Assembly (NCBI GenBank): GCA_030264375.1 | Contig: JASCQW010000162.1 | Coordinates: forward strand, 103,586,866 to 103,650,865 | Direction: 5' to 3' | DNA length: 64,000 nt | DNA from: Carcharhinus longimanus | Taxonomy: Eukaryota | Shown: positions 63,540 to 64,000 of the stretch, piece after piece | Numbering within the stretch: the stretch's first letter is position 1 | Layout: each line of letters starts with the position of its first letter | The notes under the pieces: model-generated | What the model saw: only the letters and a program-made list of their open reading frames with translations | Database searches by the model: none | What the model was told of the DNA's origin: nothing | Program-made: the position numbers and the translations under genes

Positions 63540-64000
63540 GAGTGAGGCAGAGTGTCCTGGGCTACAAAAAGATATAGACTGAATGGTCAAATAAGCAGCA
63601 GATGGAATTTAACCCTGACAAGTGTGAGATGATACACTTTTTGGAAGGAGTAATTTGACAAGAAAGTACTTAATGAACCGTAAGACATGAGGAAGTTTTG
63701 TGGAACAAAGGGACCTTGGCGTGTTTGTCCATAAATCTCTGAAAGTGGAAGGGCATATTAGTAGGATGGTGAAAAAGGCATTTGGGGCACTTGCCTTTAT
63801 TAATTGAGGCATAGATTACTAAAGCAGGGAAATTGGAATTGTGTAGAACTTTGGTGAGATCACAGCTAGAGTACTGTGTCAGTTCAGGTTGCCACCTTAT
63901 TGAAAAAATGTGATTGCACTGGAGGGAGTGCAGAGGAGGTTACTAGGTTGCTGCCTGGGATGGAACATTTAAGTTATGAAAAGAGGTTAGATAGGCTTGA
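63540..64000 (+). mobile_element. CR1 LINE RT fragment (continues past the window end)
   Basis: cagatggaatttaaccctgacaagtgtgagatgatacac (QMEFNPDKCEMIH); gagtactgtg...ctggagggagtgcagaggaggttac. Confidence 0.88.

Larger units (their letters stand above)
3123..64000 (-). other. PTPRG: Probable large PTPRG intron upstream of the exon (intron 2 equivalent)
   Basis: No upstream exon (…RRRKASGDPYWAYS-like) found by eye. The human intron at this position is very large. Contents are repeats and non-coding DNA. Confidence 0.6.

Noticed and set aside
1-64000. CRISPR array, operon, prophage or other prokaryotic-type system
   Set aside because: No regularly spaced repeat-spacer array and no long intact ORFs. 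The sequence is vertebrate intronic DNA, and most listed ORFs are chance or transposon-derived.

Overview
Eukaryotic, AT-rich, repeat-dense vertebrate DNA. The repeat set (HE1-type SINEs, shark-type CR1 tails, Penelope pLTRs, DeuSINE relics) points to a cartilaginous fish, probably a shark; this is an inference from recalled family motifs, with no database search run. The only host-gene sequence I can support is one 180-bp minus-strand coding exon (2943-3122) from the carbonic-anhydrase-like domain of receptor tyrosine phosphatase gamma (PTPRG, equivalent to human exon 3). The rest of the window appears to be PTPRG intron. It is filled with decayed mobile elements: CR1, RTE, Rex1/Babar, L2 and Penelope retroelements, SINEs, two distinct pogo-family transposase relics, PIF/Harbinger relics and MITEs, and a probable solo LTR, often nested. 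There are seven assembly gaps. I found no convincing novel multi-gene system. The most notable signals are a 91-bp-arm palindromic mini-Penelope insertion with two hammerhead-ribozyme-like cores, a G/C-drifted tail-to-tail CR1 junction, a templated 41-bp insertion at a CR1 5' junction, a diverged ~350-bp local duplication, and several repeat-free candidate conserved non-coding elements. Repeat boundaries are approximate (tens of bp) unless stated otherwise.
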